The notes below the pieces were generated by a model that saw only the letters and a list, made by a program, of their open reading frames with translations, was not told the DNA's origin and made no database searches. Both the position numbers and the translations under genes were made by a program. Positions 1-9,601 of a DNA stretch of 64,000 bases are shown in pieces (positions within the stretch are counted from its first letter, which is position 1; each line of letters begins with the position of its first letter). Source of the DNA: an uncultured delta proteobacterium (GTDB lineage Bacteria; Desulfobacterota; RBG-13-43-22); NCBI GenBank assembly GCA_963711835.1, contig CAVQFQ010000021.1:192001-256000 (forward strand), written 5' to 3'.

Positions 1-1875
1 TCATCGAGAGAAAGGGGGCCAGAACAGGGCTGATCACGACCAAGGGCTTCAGGGATGTCCTGGAAATCGGCAGGGAGATGCGCTACGCCCCCTATGACAT
101 ATTCGCCGAATTCCCCAGGCCTCTGATCCCCCGAAGATATCGCATCGAAGTGGATGAGCGGATCCGCAGCGACGGGAGCGTCCTAAAGGCCCTGGACCCG
201 GAAGAGGCACGACAGGCGGTCCGTACCCTCCTCAGACATGGGCGTTGAATCGATCGCTGTCTGTCTCATCAATTCTTTCGAGAATCCGGCCCATGAGCTG
301 ATGCTCGAGGAGATCATCGACGAGGAAGCGCCGGGGATTTCCGTCTCCATTTCCTACCGCGTTTTGCCGCAGATCAAGGAGTATGAGAGAACGAGCACCA
401 CGGTTACCAATGCCTACGTCAAGCCCCTGACGGGGCGGTATCTGTCCAAACTGGCCGGCCGGCTTGAGATCGATCGGTTTCAAGGGCAAGCTCTTTATCA
501 TGCTTTCGAGCGGCGGCGTTACTTCTGTGGAAACGGCGGCCGAGTTTCCGGTCAGGATTATCGAGTCGGGACCGACCGCGGCGGTCATCGCCGGCCAATA
601 CTACGGCAAGCACTTCAATATTTCGGAGATGTTCTGCTTTGACATGGGAGGCACAACGGCCAAGTCGTGCCTGATCCAGAAAGGGGTTGCCGGCGTCGTG
701 CCGACCTTCGAGGTCGGACGCGTCCAACGGTTCATGAAGGGGAGCGGCCTCACCATCCAGGTGCCCGGTCGTCGATCTGATGGAGATAGGTGCCGGGGGC
801 GGCAGCATCGCAAAGGTAAGCAAGATGGGCACGCTTCAGGTCGGGCCGGAAAGTTCCGGAGCAGCACCCGGACCTATCTGCTACGGGAGGGGAGGCACGG
901 ACCCTTGCGTGACCGATGCCGATCTCCTGCTGGGCTATCTGGACGAGGACTATTTTCTCGGCGGCGACGATGAAGCTCGACAAGGAGGCGGCCAGGCGCG
1001 GCGTCGAGGAAAAGATTGCCAAACCGCTCGGGGTCTCCTTTATCCAGGCTATCTGGGGGATCCATGATCTCATCAATGAAACCATGGCGGCGGCCGCCAA
1101 GACCCATATCGCCGAAAAAGGCGGAAACCCCAAGATCGTAACTATCGCCGCCTTTGGAGGGGCGGGGCCGGTTCACGCTTATGGTCTGGCCAAGAAACTG
1201 GGGGCCCCCCGTTTGCTGGTGCCGCCGAATGCCGGGGTGGGTTCGGCTATGGGTTTTTTCACCGCTCCCCGGGCTTTTGATCTTCTCCGGAGCCACAAGG
1301 TTTCCCTGACCGATGCCGCCTTCGCTGAAATAGAGAACATCTTCAAGGGGCTTGGAAGCGGATGCGGCAAAAATACTGAAGAAGGAAGCGGCGAAACGAA
1401 CCGATCCATTTCGAACGGTCGCTCGACATGCGCTTCGTGGGACAGGGTTCGGAAATCAATGTTCCCCTGCCTGCCGGAGACTTCACCAAACTCGAGAAAG
1501 CGAAGGTTCGGCACCTCTTCGATGATGTCTATGAGAAACTCTATGGCCGAACCTATCCTGACTCCGAGGTGGAGTTCATCAATTTCAAGGTGAGGGCCAG
1601 CCTGCCCGAGCGGCTCCTGCAACTGCCCAAACTTGGACGTAAAGAAAGGGCAGTCTCTTGAGACGGCCATCAAGGGAAAGCGTCCGGCTTACTCCCCGAT
1701 GGCCCGGGATTTTATCCCCTATACGGTCTACGATCGATACAACTCTTTCCAGCAGCCCGGTTTTCAGGTCCGGCCATAATCGAGGAGAAGGAGTCGACCC
1801 TCATCGTGGGCGAGGATGCCCGGGTATCCGTCGGATGACTTCGGATTTCTCTGGATTGATCTTAAGGAGGCATGA
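1..1875 (+). CDS. Hydantoinase/oxoprolinase subunit A, 5'-partial, multiply frameshifted
   Basis: Consecutive ORF pieces carry [53 protein letters not shown] and MRFVGQG; about 7-8 frameshifts. Confidence 0.9.
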
Positions 1876-1878
1876 ATA

Positions 1879-3592
1879 ATGGGCCGCGTATTCGATCCGA
1901 TCACCTTAGAGATCTTATGGCGCAGGCTGATTTCCATTGTCGACGAGGCAGACGGCAGCGTCGCCCGAACGGCCTTCTCGAGCCTGCTCCGGGATGCCCA
2001 TGACTACACCTGCATGTTTACCGACAAGTGGGGCCGGGAACTGGCCCAGGGGAGCTTTGCCACCCCCGGGCAGTCGGGGGCTATGGCCCTGGGGGTGAAG
2101 AACGCTCATCAAACAGTTTCCCTGCGACTATTACCAGCCCGGCGATGTCTTTATCACGAATGATCCCTGGGCCTTGGCGGGCCATCTGAATGATGTCTGC
2201 GTCATGAGCCCCATCTTCTACCAAAGACAATTGGTCGCCTTTACGGCCTGTGTTTTCCATCACTCCGATATTGGCGGCCGCGTGGCCTCCGACAACCATG
2301 ACGTCTTCGAGGAAGGCCTTTTCATCCCTCTTGTGAAGCTCTATGACCGAGGGGTCCTCAATCAGTCGGTCCTGGATATGATCCGGTGGAATGTACGGAC
2401 GCCTGATGAGGTGATCGGGGATATCCGGTCGCAGATTGCGGCGAACCACGTCTGTGCCGAAAAGATAGGCCAGATGCTTAAGGAGAGCGACCTTGAGAAC
2501 CTGGACGACCTGGCGGACCAGATTATCGGTCTCACGGAGAAAAGCATGCGGGAGGAGATCGAAAAGATCCCGGACGGTATCTACCGGGCCAAAGGCATCA
2601 TCGAGCAGACGAAGGGCAAGGAGGACATCGTTATCCAGGCCAAGGTCGAGATAAAGGGGAGCGATATCCTCGTGGACCTCGACGGCTCTTCCGGGCAGGT
2701 AAACTGGGGCGGCAACGTGGTTTTCAATTTTACCTATGCCTATGTATTCATGGCCATCAAAAGCATGTTTGCCCCGGATATCCCCAACAACGACGGCTGC
2801 GCCAGGCCGATAAAATTGACCGCCCCTGAGGGGAGTGTGGTAAACTGCAAGTTTCCGGCAGCCGTGGCGGCCCGGATGGGGGTGGGTCATTTCATGACCG
2901 AGGTCATTTACCGGGCCCTTTCCGACGTTTTACCCCGGAAGGTGATTGCCGGATCCGGCGGTACGCCGGCCGCGATGAACGTCTTTTACGGGAGAAGGAA
3001 AGACGGGAAACCCTGGCATTCCGTGATCATCAGGGGAGGCGGCATGGGAGCAGGAGCGGCCAATGACGGCAATTACGTCTACATCTTCCCGGCCAACGGC
3101 GCCAATACCCCCGTTGAAATATTTGAAAGCGACACCCCGCTTATTGTGGAAAGGCGGGAGCTCCTCATCGATTCCGGGGGACCTGGAAAGATGAAGGGCG
3201 GCCTCGGAAAAAGAGAGATTTTCAGGATACCCGACGACGAGTACGCCCCGATCCCGCCGGTCAACCTGGGAATCCAGGCGGGAAGGTTTGTTTATCCGGC
3301 GGAAGGGCTCTTTGACGGTAACCCCGGCACCAGGGCCCAGTTCCTCGTCAACGGCGCGCCGGGAAATTCCTATGGATTAACCCAGTTGAAGCCCGGGGAC
3401 GTGGTGACCATCGATGCCCCCGGCGGAGGCGGCTACGGCCATCCCTTCGAACGCGAGCCCGAGATGGTGGCCGGCGACGTGCTCGAAGGATATGTCAGCC
3501 TGGCCAAGGCCAGGAGCGATTATGGGGTTGAGATAGACCCCACCACCAATGAAGCCGATCTGGTTGAAACGAAAAAGCTTCGCGAGCGATGA
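1879..3592 (+). CDS. Hydantoinase/oxoprolinase subunit B (one frameshift near 2105)
   Basis: DPITLEILWRRL, AFSSLLRDAHD, NDPW..GHLND, HHSDIGG, NTPVEIFE, DSGGPG, PGGGGYG. Confidence 0.9.
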
Positions 3593-3734
3593 GGGCGACC
3601 TACACCACAGCTCCTGTTACTGATCGGACTATTTAGGGAATCGGATTTACGAATCTCAACTGTTTTTGAATTAAAAATATATTCTCAGATTTTATTGGGT
3701 AAAAATTCAACCCAATGACGCAAGAGGTTTTTTT

Positions 3735-5027
3735 ATGCCCCAAACCTTCATGCCGAGTTTCAAATCCCCTGATGAGTTGAAAGCCCATCAGTTAAAGGGA
3801 TTGCAATGGACCGTAAACCATGCCTATCAGGGGTCCTCTTTTTATCGCCGGAAGTTCGATGAAGTAGGAATCAAACCGGAAGATATCCGGACCTTGGAGG
3901 ATTTAAGCCGTTTGCCTTTTCTAACCGCCCAGGACCTTCGGGACGGCTATCCCTTCCCTTTGCTTTCCGTGCCTCTGGAAAAAGTGGTCCGCATCCATGC
4001 CTCTACCGGCACCACCGGCAAGCGCAAGATCCTGGCCTATACCCAGAAGGACCTTGACGACTGGATCTATTTCTTTGCCCGCTGCTACGAAATGGCCGGA
4101 TTGACCCGGGAAGACCGGGTTCAGATTGCCGTCGGTTACGGGGTCTGGACGGCCGGGGTGGGGTTTCAACTGGGCTGCGAACGGTTTGGCGCCCTGGCCA
4201 TACCCATAGGCCCGGGAAACATTGATCTGCAGTGTGAATTTTTAGTCGACCTTCAGTCCACGGTCCTCTGCTCCACAGCCTCCATGGCCCTGCTCATGGC
4301 CGAAGAAGTGGATCGGCGGGGCCTGCGGGACAAGATCTCTCTGAAAAAAATAATCTTCGGCTCGGAACGGAGCAGCGAGGCCCAGCGCAAGAAAATACAG
4401 GCGCTCTTGGGTCTGGAGGAGATGTTCGACATCCCGGGCATGACCGAATTGTACGGCCCGGGAACCGGCCTGGACTGCTCCCGTCACGAGGGGATTCACT
4501 ATTGGGCCGACTATTACCTCCTCGAATTGCTCCATCCGATAACCTTAGAGCCGGTGGGACCCGGAGAAACCGGAGAAATGGTGGTCACTACCTTATGCAA
4601 AGAGGCCGCCCCCCTGGTCCGCTATCGGACCCGGGATCTGACCCGTTTAATCGATCATCCCTGCTCCTGCGGAAATATCCTGCCCCTCCACGACCGCATT
4701 TTAGGCCGTTCCGATGACATGATCATCTTCCGGGGTGTCAATCTCTATCCGGCCCATGTGGATGAAATTCTTTCCCAGACCCCGGGAATCGGCAGTGAAT
4801 ACCAGATCCACTTGAACCGTCTGGAAGACGGCAAAGATTATATGGTCATCAAGGTGGAAAGGGCCGATGCCGCTGATCCCCAGGGGGACCCTGCTTTCAG
4901 CCGCTCCATTGCCGCCGCCATCCGGAAAAAACTGCTGGTCAGCGGCGAGGTGGAGATGGTTTCTTATGGGGCCTTGCCCCGGTCAGAACGAAAAAGCAAA
5001 CGCGTTTTTGATAATCGTGGTTTTTAA
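3735..5027 (+). CDS. paaK: Phenylacetate-CoA ligase family (aryl-acetate CoA ligase)
   Basis: RIHASTGTTGK, GMTELYGPG, PLVRYRTRDLT, GRSDDMIIFRGVN, KSKRVFD; true substrate unknown. Confidence 0.85.
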   Translation: MPQTFMPSFKSPDELKAHQLKGLQWTVNHAYQGSSFYRRKFDEVGIKPEDIRTLEDLSRLPFLTAQDLRDGYPFPLLSVPLEKVVRIHASTGTTGKRKILAYTQKDLDDWIYFFARCYEMAGLTREDRVQIAVGYGVWTAGVGFQLGCERFGALAIPIGPGNIDLQCEFLVDLQSTVLCSTASMALLMAEEVDRRGLRDKISLKKIIFGSERSSEAQRKKIQALLGLEEMFDIPGMTELYGPGTGLDCSRHEGIHYWADYYLLELLHPITLEPVGPGETGEMVVTTLCKEAAPLVRYRTRDLTRLIDHPCSCGNILPLHDRILGRSDDMIIFRGVNLYPAHVDEILSQTPGIGSEYQIHLNRLEDGKDYMVIKVERADAADPQGDPAFSRSIAAAIRKKLLVSGEVEMVSYGALPRSERKSKRVFDNRGF

Positions 5028-5103
5028 GAGGAGGTGATGAGCCGCACCGGCGAATAAACTTGGGAATTTCTTAAAAACAAAAAAAGTTCAATAATTTTCC
5101 CAA

Positions 5104-6156
5104 ATGGAGGAAAACAAAATGAAAAAAATCAGTTTCAGTAGCTGTTCTGCAGTGGTAGCCTTTCTAATCTTCCTGACCTTCTTGACCCTCAACGCCGCAC
5201 CTGCGGCAGCCCAAATCAAACTGACCTACGCCAATTTCCCCCCGGCTTCCACTTTCCCCTGCGTACAAATGGAAAGATGGAAAACGGAGGTAGAGAAGAG
5301 AAGCCACGGTAAAGTGATGGTTCAAACCTTCCCCGGGGGAACCTTGTTGCCGGCTAAAAACATCTTTGACGGGGTTATTGCCGGAACGGCCGACATCGGC
5401 AATCTGGCCATGAGTTACCAACCGGGCCGCTTCCCTGTTTCAGAAGCCATTGACATGCCCCTTGGTTTTACCAGTGCCAAAGCAGCCAGCCTGGCCCTTT
5501 ACGATCTGATTGAAAAATATAATCCCAAAGAATTTGAAAAAGTAAAAATCCTTACCTTGTTTACCTGTCCCCCGGCTGATTTTATGACCAGCAAACCCAT
5601 CAAGTCCTTAAAAGATCTTACGGGCATGGAATTGCGAGTAGCCGGAACGGGGGCTGATATCATCAAACGGCTGGGAGGCATCCCCATTGCCATGCCCCAG
5701 TCCGAAACCCCGGAAGCCATTCAAAAAGGGGTGGTTAAGGGCATGGTTTCTTCGATGGAGATTTTAAAGGATTTTAATTTTGCCGCTTACTGCCCTTTTG
5801 CTACCGAGGCCAACCTTTTTGTAGTTACCTTTGCGGTAGTCATGAACAAGGAGAAATGGAACGCCCTGCCGGACGATATCAAAAAACTCCTGGACGATTT
5901 ACGGCGGGAACAGGCCCTTTGGACAGGGACCTACGTAGACAATCATGTCAAGGAAGCCGTGGCCTGGTCTAAGGAAAAGTATAAACTCCAACTCCTTGAA
6001 TTGCCGGCCGGCGATAAAGCCGAGATCCCGAAACTCTTAAAACCAATGCTGGATGAGTATGTCAAGAGGGTTTCGACGGCCGGACTACCGGGTGATCAAA
6101 TTCTGAAGGATGCTTTTGCCTTAAAAGACAAGTACGAAAAGCAATATAAAAAATAA
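5104..6156 (+). CDS. dctP: TRAP transporter substrate-binding protein
   Basis: Sec signal, FPGGTL, PGRFP, DLTGMELR; followed by dctQ and dctM. Confidence 0.9.
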   Translation: MEENKMKKISFSSCSAVVAFLIFLTFLTLNAAPAAAQIKLTYANFPPASTFPCVQMERWKTEVEKRSHGKVMVQTFPGGTLLPAKNIFDGVIAGTADIGNLAMSYQPGRFPVSEAIDMPLGFTSAKAASLALYDLIEKYNPKEFEKVKILTLFTCPPADFMTSKPIKSLKDLTGMELRVAGTGADIIKRLGGIPIAMPQSETPEAIQKGVVKGMVSSMEILKDFNFAAYCPFATEANLFVVTFAVVMNKEKWNALPDDIKKLLDDLRREQALWTGTYVDNHVKEAVAWSKEKYKLQLLELPAGDKAEIPKLLKPMLDEYVKRVSTAGLPGDQILKDAFALKDKYEKQYKK

Positions 6157-6169
6157 TCCCTCTCCCTTC

Positions 6170-6200
6170 CCTGCCCTCTCCCTCTGCCGGAGAGGGCAGG
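6170..6200. repeat. REP-like GC hairpin (CCTGCCCTCTCC-N7-GGAGAGGGCAGG) after dctP
   Basis: Perfect 12-bp inverted repeat, no U-tract. Confidence 0.7.
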
Positions 6201-6229
6201 TGGAGGGACGGCCCCTTAAGAGGAACCTT

Positions 6230-6712
6230 ATGGACATTCTCGAAAAATTCAATGATTTTTTAAATAAAATCATGCTGATTCTTGGAGGAATCGCCGTCCT
6301 GGCTCTGATGCTCCTGGCCACCAGCAATGTGACCTTAAGAATCTTTCATGTCCCCTTCCGAGGCACCTATGAAATCGTGGGTTTTTTAGGAGCCATCGTG
6401 ATTGCCTTTGCCCTGGGTTATACCCAAAAAAGAAAAGACAACATTGTGGTGGATATCCTCACTGAAAAATTTCCCAAAAAGATTAATCGGGTCCTTAACG
6501 CCATAAGTTACTTTTCCACCATGGTTTTTTTCGCCATCATCGCCTGGCAGGTCTTGGTTTGGGGGATAAAACTGTTTAAAGCCGGTGAGGTTTCCGAAAC
6601 CTTAAAAATCATCTTTTACCCTTTTGTTTTTTCAGTGGCCTTGGGATTTGCGGTCCTGTCTTTCACGCTCCTCATTGATTTTCTGAAAACAGTTCACGGC
6701 CGAAAGGAATAA
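6230..6712 (+). CDS. dctQ: TRAP small permease
   Basis: About 4 TM segments, GTYEIV, NIVVDIL. Confidence 0.9.
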   Translation: MDILEKFNDFLNKIMLILGGIAVLALMLLATSNVTLRIFHVPFRGTYEIVGFLGAIVIAFALGYTQKRKDNIVVDILTEKFPKKINRVLNAISYFSTMVFFAIIAWQVLVWGIKLFKAGEVSETLKIIFYPFVFSVALGFAVLSFTLLIDFLKTVHGRKE

Positions 6713-6718
6713 CCTGAC

Positions 6719-8026
6719 ATGGACGGACCTCTGGTAGGTGTTTACGGCATTATCATCATGTTTCTGGTCCTCTTTCTGTTGCGGATCCCGGCCGGTTTTA
6801 CCATGGCCTTGGTAGGGTTTTTAGGGGTGGCCTATGTTACTACCTTTAAGGCCGCCCTGGGTATGATCGGGACCGATATGTGGAACATCTTCTCCAATTA
6901 CGGCCTGACCGTCATTCCCATGTTCATCCTGGTGGGAGAATTTGTCCACTATGGGGGCTATAATGACGGATTGTACTACGCTACCTACCGTTGGTTTGGA
7001 CATTATAAAGGAGGATTGGCCATCACGACCATTATGGCCTGTGCGGCCTTTTCGGCCATCAGCGGTTCCAATACCGCCACAGCCGCGACTATGAGCACCG
7101 TAGCGATTCCGGCCATGAGGAAATATAAATATCACCCTATGCTCAATGCCGGCTCGGTGGTAGCCGGGTCTACCCTTGGAGTAATGATCCCGCCCAGTAT
7201 CGTTTTGGTGGTCTATGGAATTTACACCGGTCAATCCATTGGGAAATTATTCTTTGGTAATGTGATCCCCAGTGTGATCCTGACCGTTCTGATTGCCGCC
7301 ACGGTAATCTATATCTGCTTTCGTCATCCGGATTGGGGACCCAAGGGACCCAAAAGCACCTGGAAGGAACGCTGGCAAGCCCTGCCCGAAGTGGTGGATA
7401 TCTTGATTCTCTTTGCCATCATTATGTATGCCCTGTTCACCGGGGTGGTGACCGCCACCGAAGCCGCCGCCGCCAGTTGCACCCTGGGACTGATCATCTG
7501 CTTAATCCGGAGAAAGCTTTCCTGGGAGGGATTCAAGAAATCCCTTGTTGATACCCTGCGCATCTCCTGTCTGGTCTTCATGATCGTGGCCGGGGCGACG
7601 ATCTTCGGACGTTTTCTGGCCTTGACCCGCCTTCCTTTTGAAGCCGCCGGCTGGATCAGCACCCTGGATATGCCAAACTGGGTGATGCTCTGGTTTGTCT
7701 TGATCTGTTATATTATCGGGGGCTGCGTCATGGATGCCCTGGCTTTCTTATTGGTTTCTCTACCCATCTTTTATCCCTTGGTCATGTCTATGGGCTATGA
7801 CCCTATCTGGTTCGGGCAAGTCATTACGATCGTGACTACCATGGGCGCCATTATGCCACCCATAGGTATTTGTTGTTATGTAGTAGCCGGCATGGCCAAA
7901 GACATCCCCCTGGCAACGGTATTTAGAGGGGGATTGTATTATATTCCTTCCTATATCATTGCGATTATCCTTTTGATGCTTTCCCCGTATTGGACGGTAT
8001 TGGTCTTATCGAATTGGGTGAAATAA
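6719..8026 (+). CDS. dctM: TRAP large permease
   Basis: IPMFILVGE, AISGSNTATAA, TLGVMIPPS, TATEAAA, PIWFG. Confidence 0.93.
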   Translation: MDGPLVGVYGIIIMFLVLFLLRIPAGFTMALVGFLGVAYVTTFKAALGMIGTDMWNIFSNYGLTVIPMFILVGEFVHYGGYNDGLYYATYRWFGHYKGGLAITTIMACAAFSAISGSNTATAATMSTVAIPAMRKYKYHPMLNAGSVVAGSTLGVMIPPSIVLVVYGIYTGQSIGKLFFGNVIPSVILTVLIAATVIYICFRHPDWGPKGPKSTWKERWQALPEVVDILILFAIIMYALFTGVVTATEAAAASCTLGLIICLIRRKLSWEGFKKSLVDTLRISCLVFMIVAGATIFGRFLALTRLPFEAAGWISTLDMPNWVMLWFVLICYIIGGCVMDALAFLLVSLPIFYPLVMSMGYDPIWFGQVITIVTTMGAIMPPIGICCYVVAGMAKDIPLATVFRGGLYYIPSYIIAIILLMLSPYWTVLVLSNWVK

Positions 8027-8106
8027 AATTCACGGAGCAGGGTTCAAAATGCCAGGTTCCCGAGCCCCGATGCAGGGAAAAAATAAAAAGATTTTGGGAG
8101 GTTGGC

Positions 8107-8980
8107 TTGAAAAAATTTGAATATCTGCAGCCCAGGTCGATCGATGAAGCCATTTCCATTCTGGTTTCTCATGGAGAAAAAGCCCGCTACATCGCCGGCG
8201 GAACGGATGTTATGGTCAAAATCAAGGAGGGAAAGATAGAACCCCTTTATCTGGTCTCCTTACAAAGGGTTTCAGAGCTGGCTTTCATCCAGAGGGACCC
8301 GGAGGGCATCCTGCACATCGGGGCCTTGACCACCCACCGGATGCTGGAGAAGTCCTCATTGATTCGCCGGCACTATCCCTGCATCACCGACGCCGTCGAG
8401 AACATAGGCTCCGTACAAATTCGAAATGTGGCCACCATCGGGGGAAATATCTGCAATGCCGTTCCCTCGGCCGACGGCGTGATCCCTTTACTGATTCTGG
8501 GGGCGCATCTCACCCTGGTCGGCCCCAAAGGAAAACGGTCTCTGCCCTTAAAAAGCTTCTTTCTGGGTCCCGGTCAAACCCTGATCGAACCGGGGGAAAT
8601 TTTAACGGAGTTTTTCATACCCTCCTCTTCCGCCTCGATCCGGCGGGGCTTATATCAAGCACACCCGACGGGAGGCCATGGAACTGCCTCTCCTGGGGGT
8701 CGGGATGGTCTTGTCCCTGGCGGAAGATAACAAGACCTGCCTCAAGGTTCGGATCGGTTTGGGAGTGGCGGCCCCTACGCCCCTGCGGGCCTTTGAAGCG
8801 GAGGCCTATCTAACCGGCAAAGAAATCAACGACACAACGTTGGCTGAAACAGCCCGGGTGACCGTCAAAGAAACCCGGATGCGGGACAGTATCCGCGGCC
8901 GGGCCTGGTATCGCCGCGAAATGGTCGGGGTTCTGATCCCTCGGCTGGGCCAAAGATGCCTTGAACGAATAAAGGGATAA
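8107..8980 (+). CDS. Xanthine dehydrogenase family FAD subunit (frameshift near 8620)
   Basis: TTG start with RBS; IAGGTD, QIRNVATIGGN; C-terminus GVAAPTP in ORF 8678-8980. Confidence 0.85.
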
Positions 8981-9006
8981 TTTTTCCTGCGGAGGTTCAA
9001 TCCCAA

Positions 9007-9504
9007 ATGAATAAAATCGCCTTACAATTGAACGGCCACGACCTTGAGACCTTGGTGGAGCCCCACTGGACCCTGCTGGAATTTCTAAGGGATCGGATGG
9101 AACTTACCGGAACCAAAGAAGGCTGCGGCGAAGGGGAATGCGGGGCCTGCACGGTTCTGGTCAATGGAAAGGCTGTCAATGCCTGTCTCTTTCCGATCCT
9201 GGAAGCCTACGGAACCGAGGTGGTCACTATAGAAGGTTTGATCAAGGAAGACGGCAGTCTTCATCCCCTGCAGCAGGCCTTTATTAATCAGGGAGCGGTT
9301 CAGTGCGGCTTCTGCTCCCCGGGGATGATCCTTTCAGCCAAGGCCCTGTTGGATGAAACCCCTCATCCCACGGAAGATGAGATCCGCACCGCCCTGGCCG
9401 GCAACTTCTGCCGCTGTACCGGCTATGCCCAGATTATTCAGGCTATACAATCCGTCGGCGGCTATGAAGAAAAAGAAGTTTCGGTCATGCCGAGGGAGAC
9501 TTGA
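9007..9504 (+). CDS. Xanthine dehydrogenase family 2x[2Fe-2S] subunit
   Basis: GCGEGECGAC, QCGFC, NFCRCTGY. Confidence 0.93.
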   Translation: MNKIALQLNGHDLETLVEPHWTLLEFLRDRMELTGTKEGCGEGECGACTVLVNGKAVNACLFPILEAYGTEVVTIEGLIKEDGSLHPLQQAFINQGAVQCGFCSPGMILSAKALLDETPHPTEDEIRTALAGNFCRCTGYAQIIQAIQSVGGYEEKEVSVMPRET

Positions 9505-9512
9505 TTAAAAAC

Positions 9513-9581
9513 GTTCGGAGTTCGGCGTTGAGCGTTCGGCCTATGAAAAAGGCTAACCGCTGATAGCTGAAAGCTAATAGC
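9513..9581. repeat. Heptamer-periodic intergenic repeats (GTTCGGN x4; GCTRAHH x4)
   Basis: GTTCGGA GTTCGGC GTTGAGC GTTCGGC ... GCTAACC GCTGATA GCTGAAA GCTAATA. Confidence 0.7.
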
Positions 9582-9601
9582 TTTATCAAGCGAGGAGAAA
9601 T

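Noticed and set aside
1-2200. Programmed frameshifting or true pseudogenisation of the hydantoinase genes
   Set aside because: Many scattered single-base indels with otherwise intact motifs and no in-frame nonsense decay fit low-coverage long-read error better; it cannot be settled without reads.
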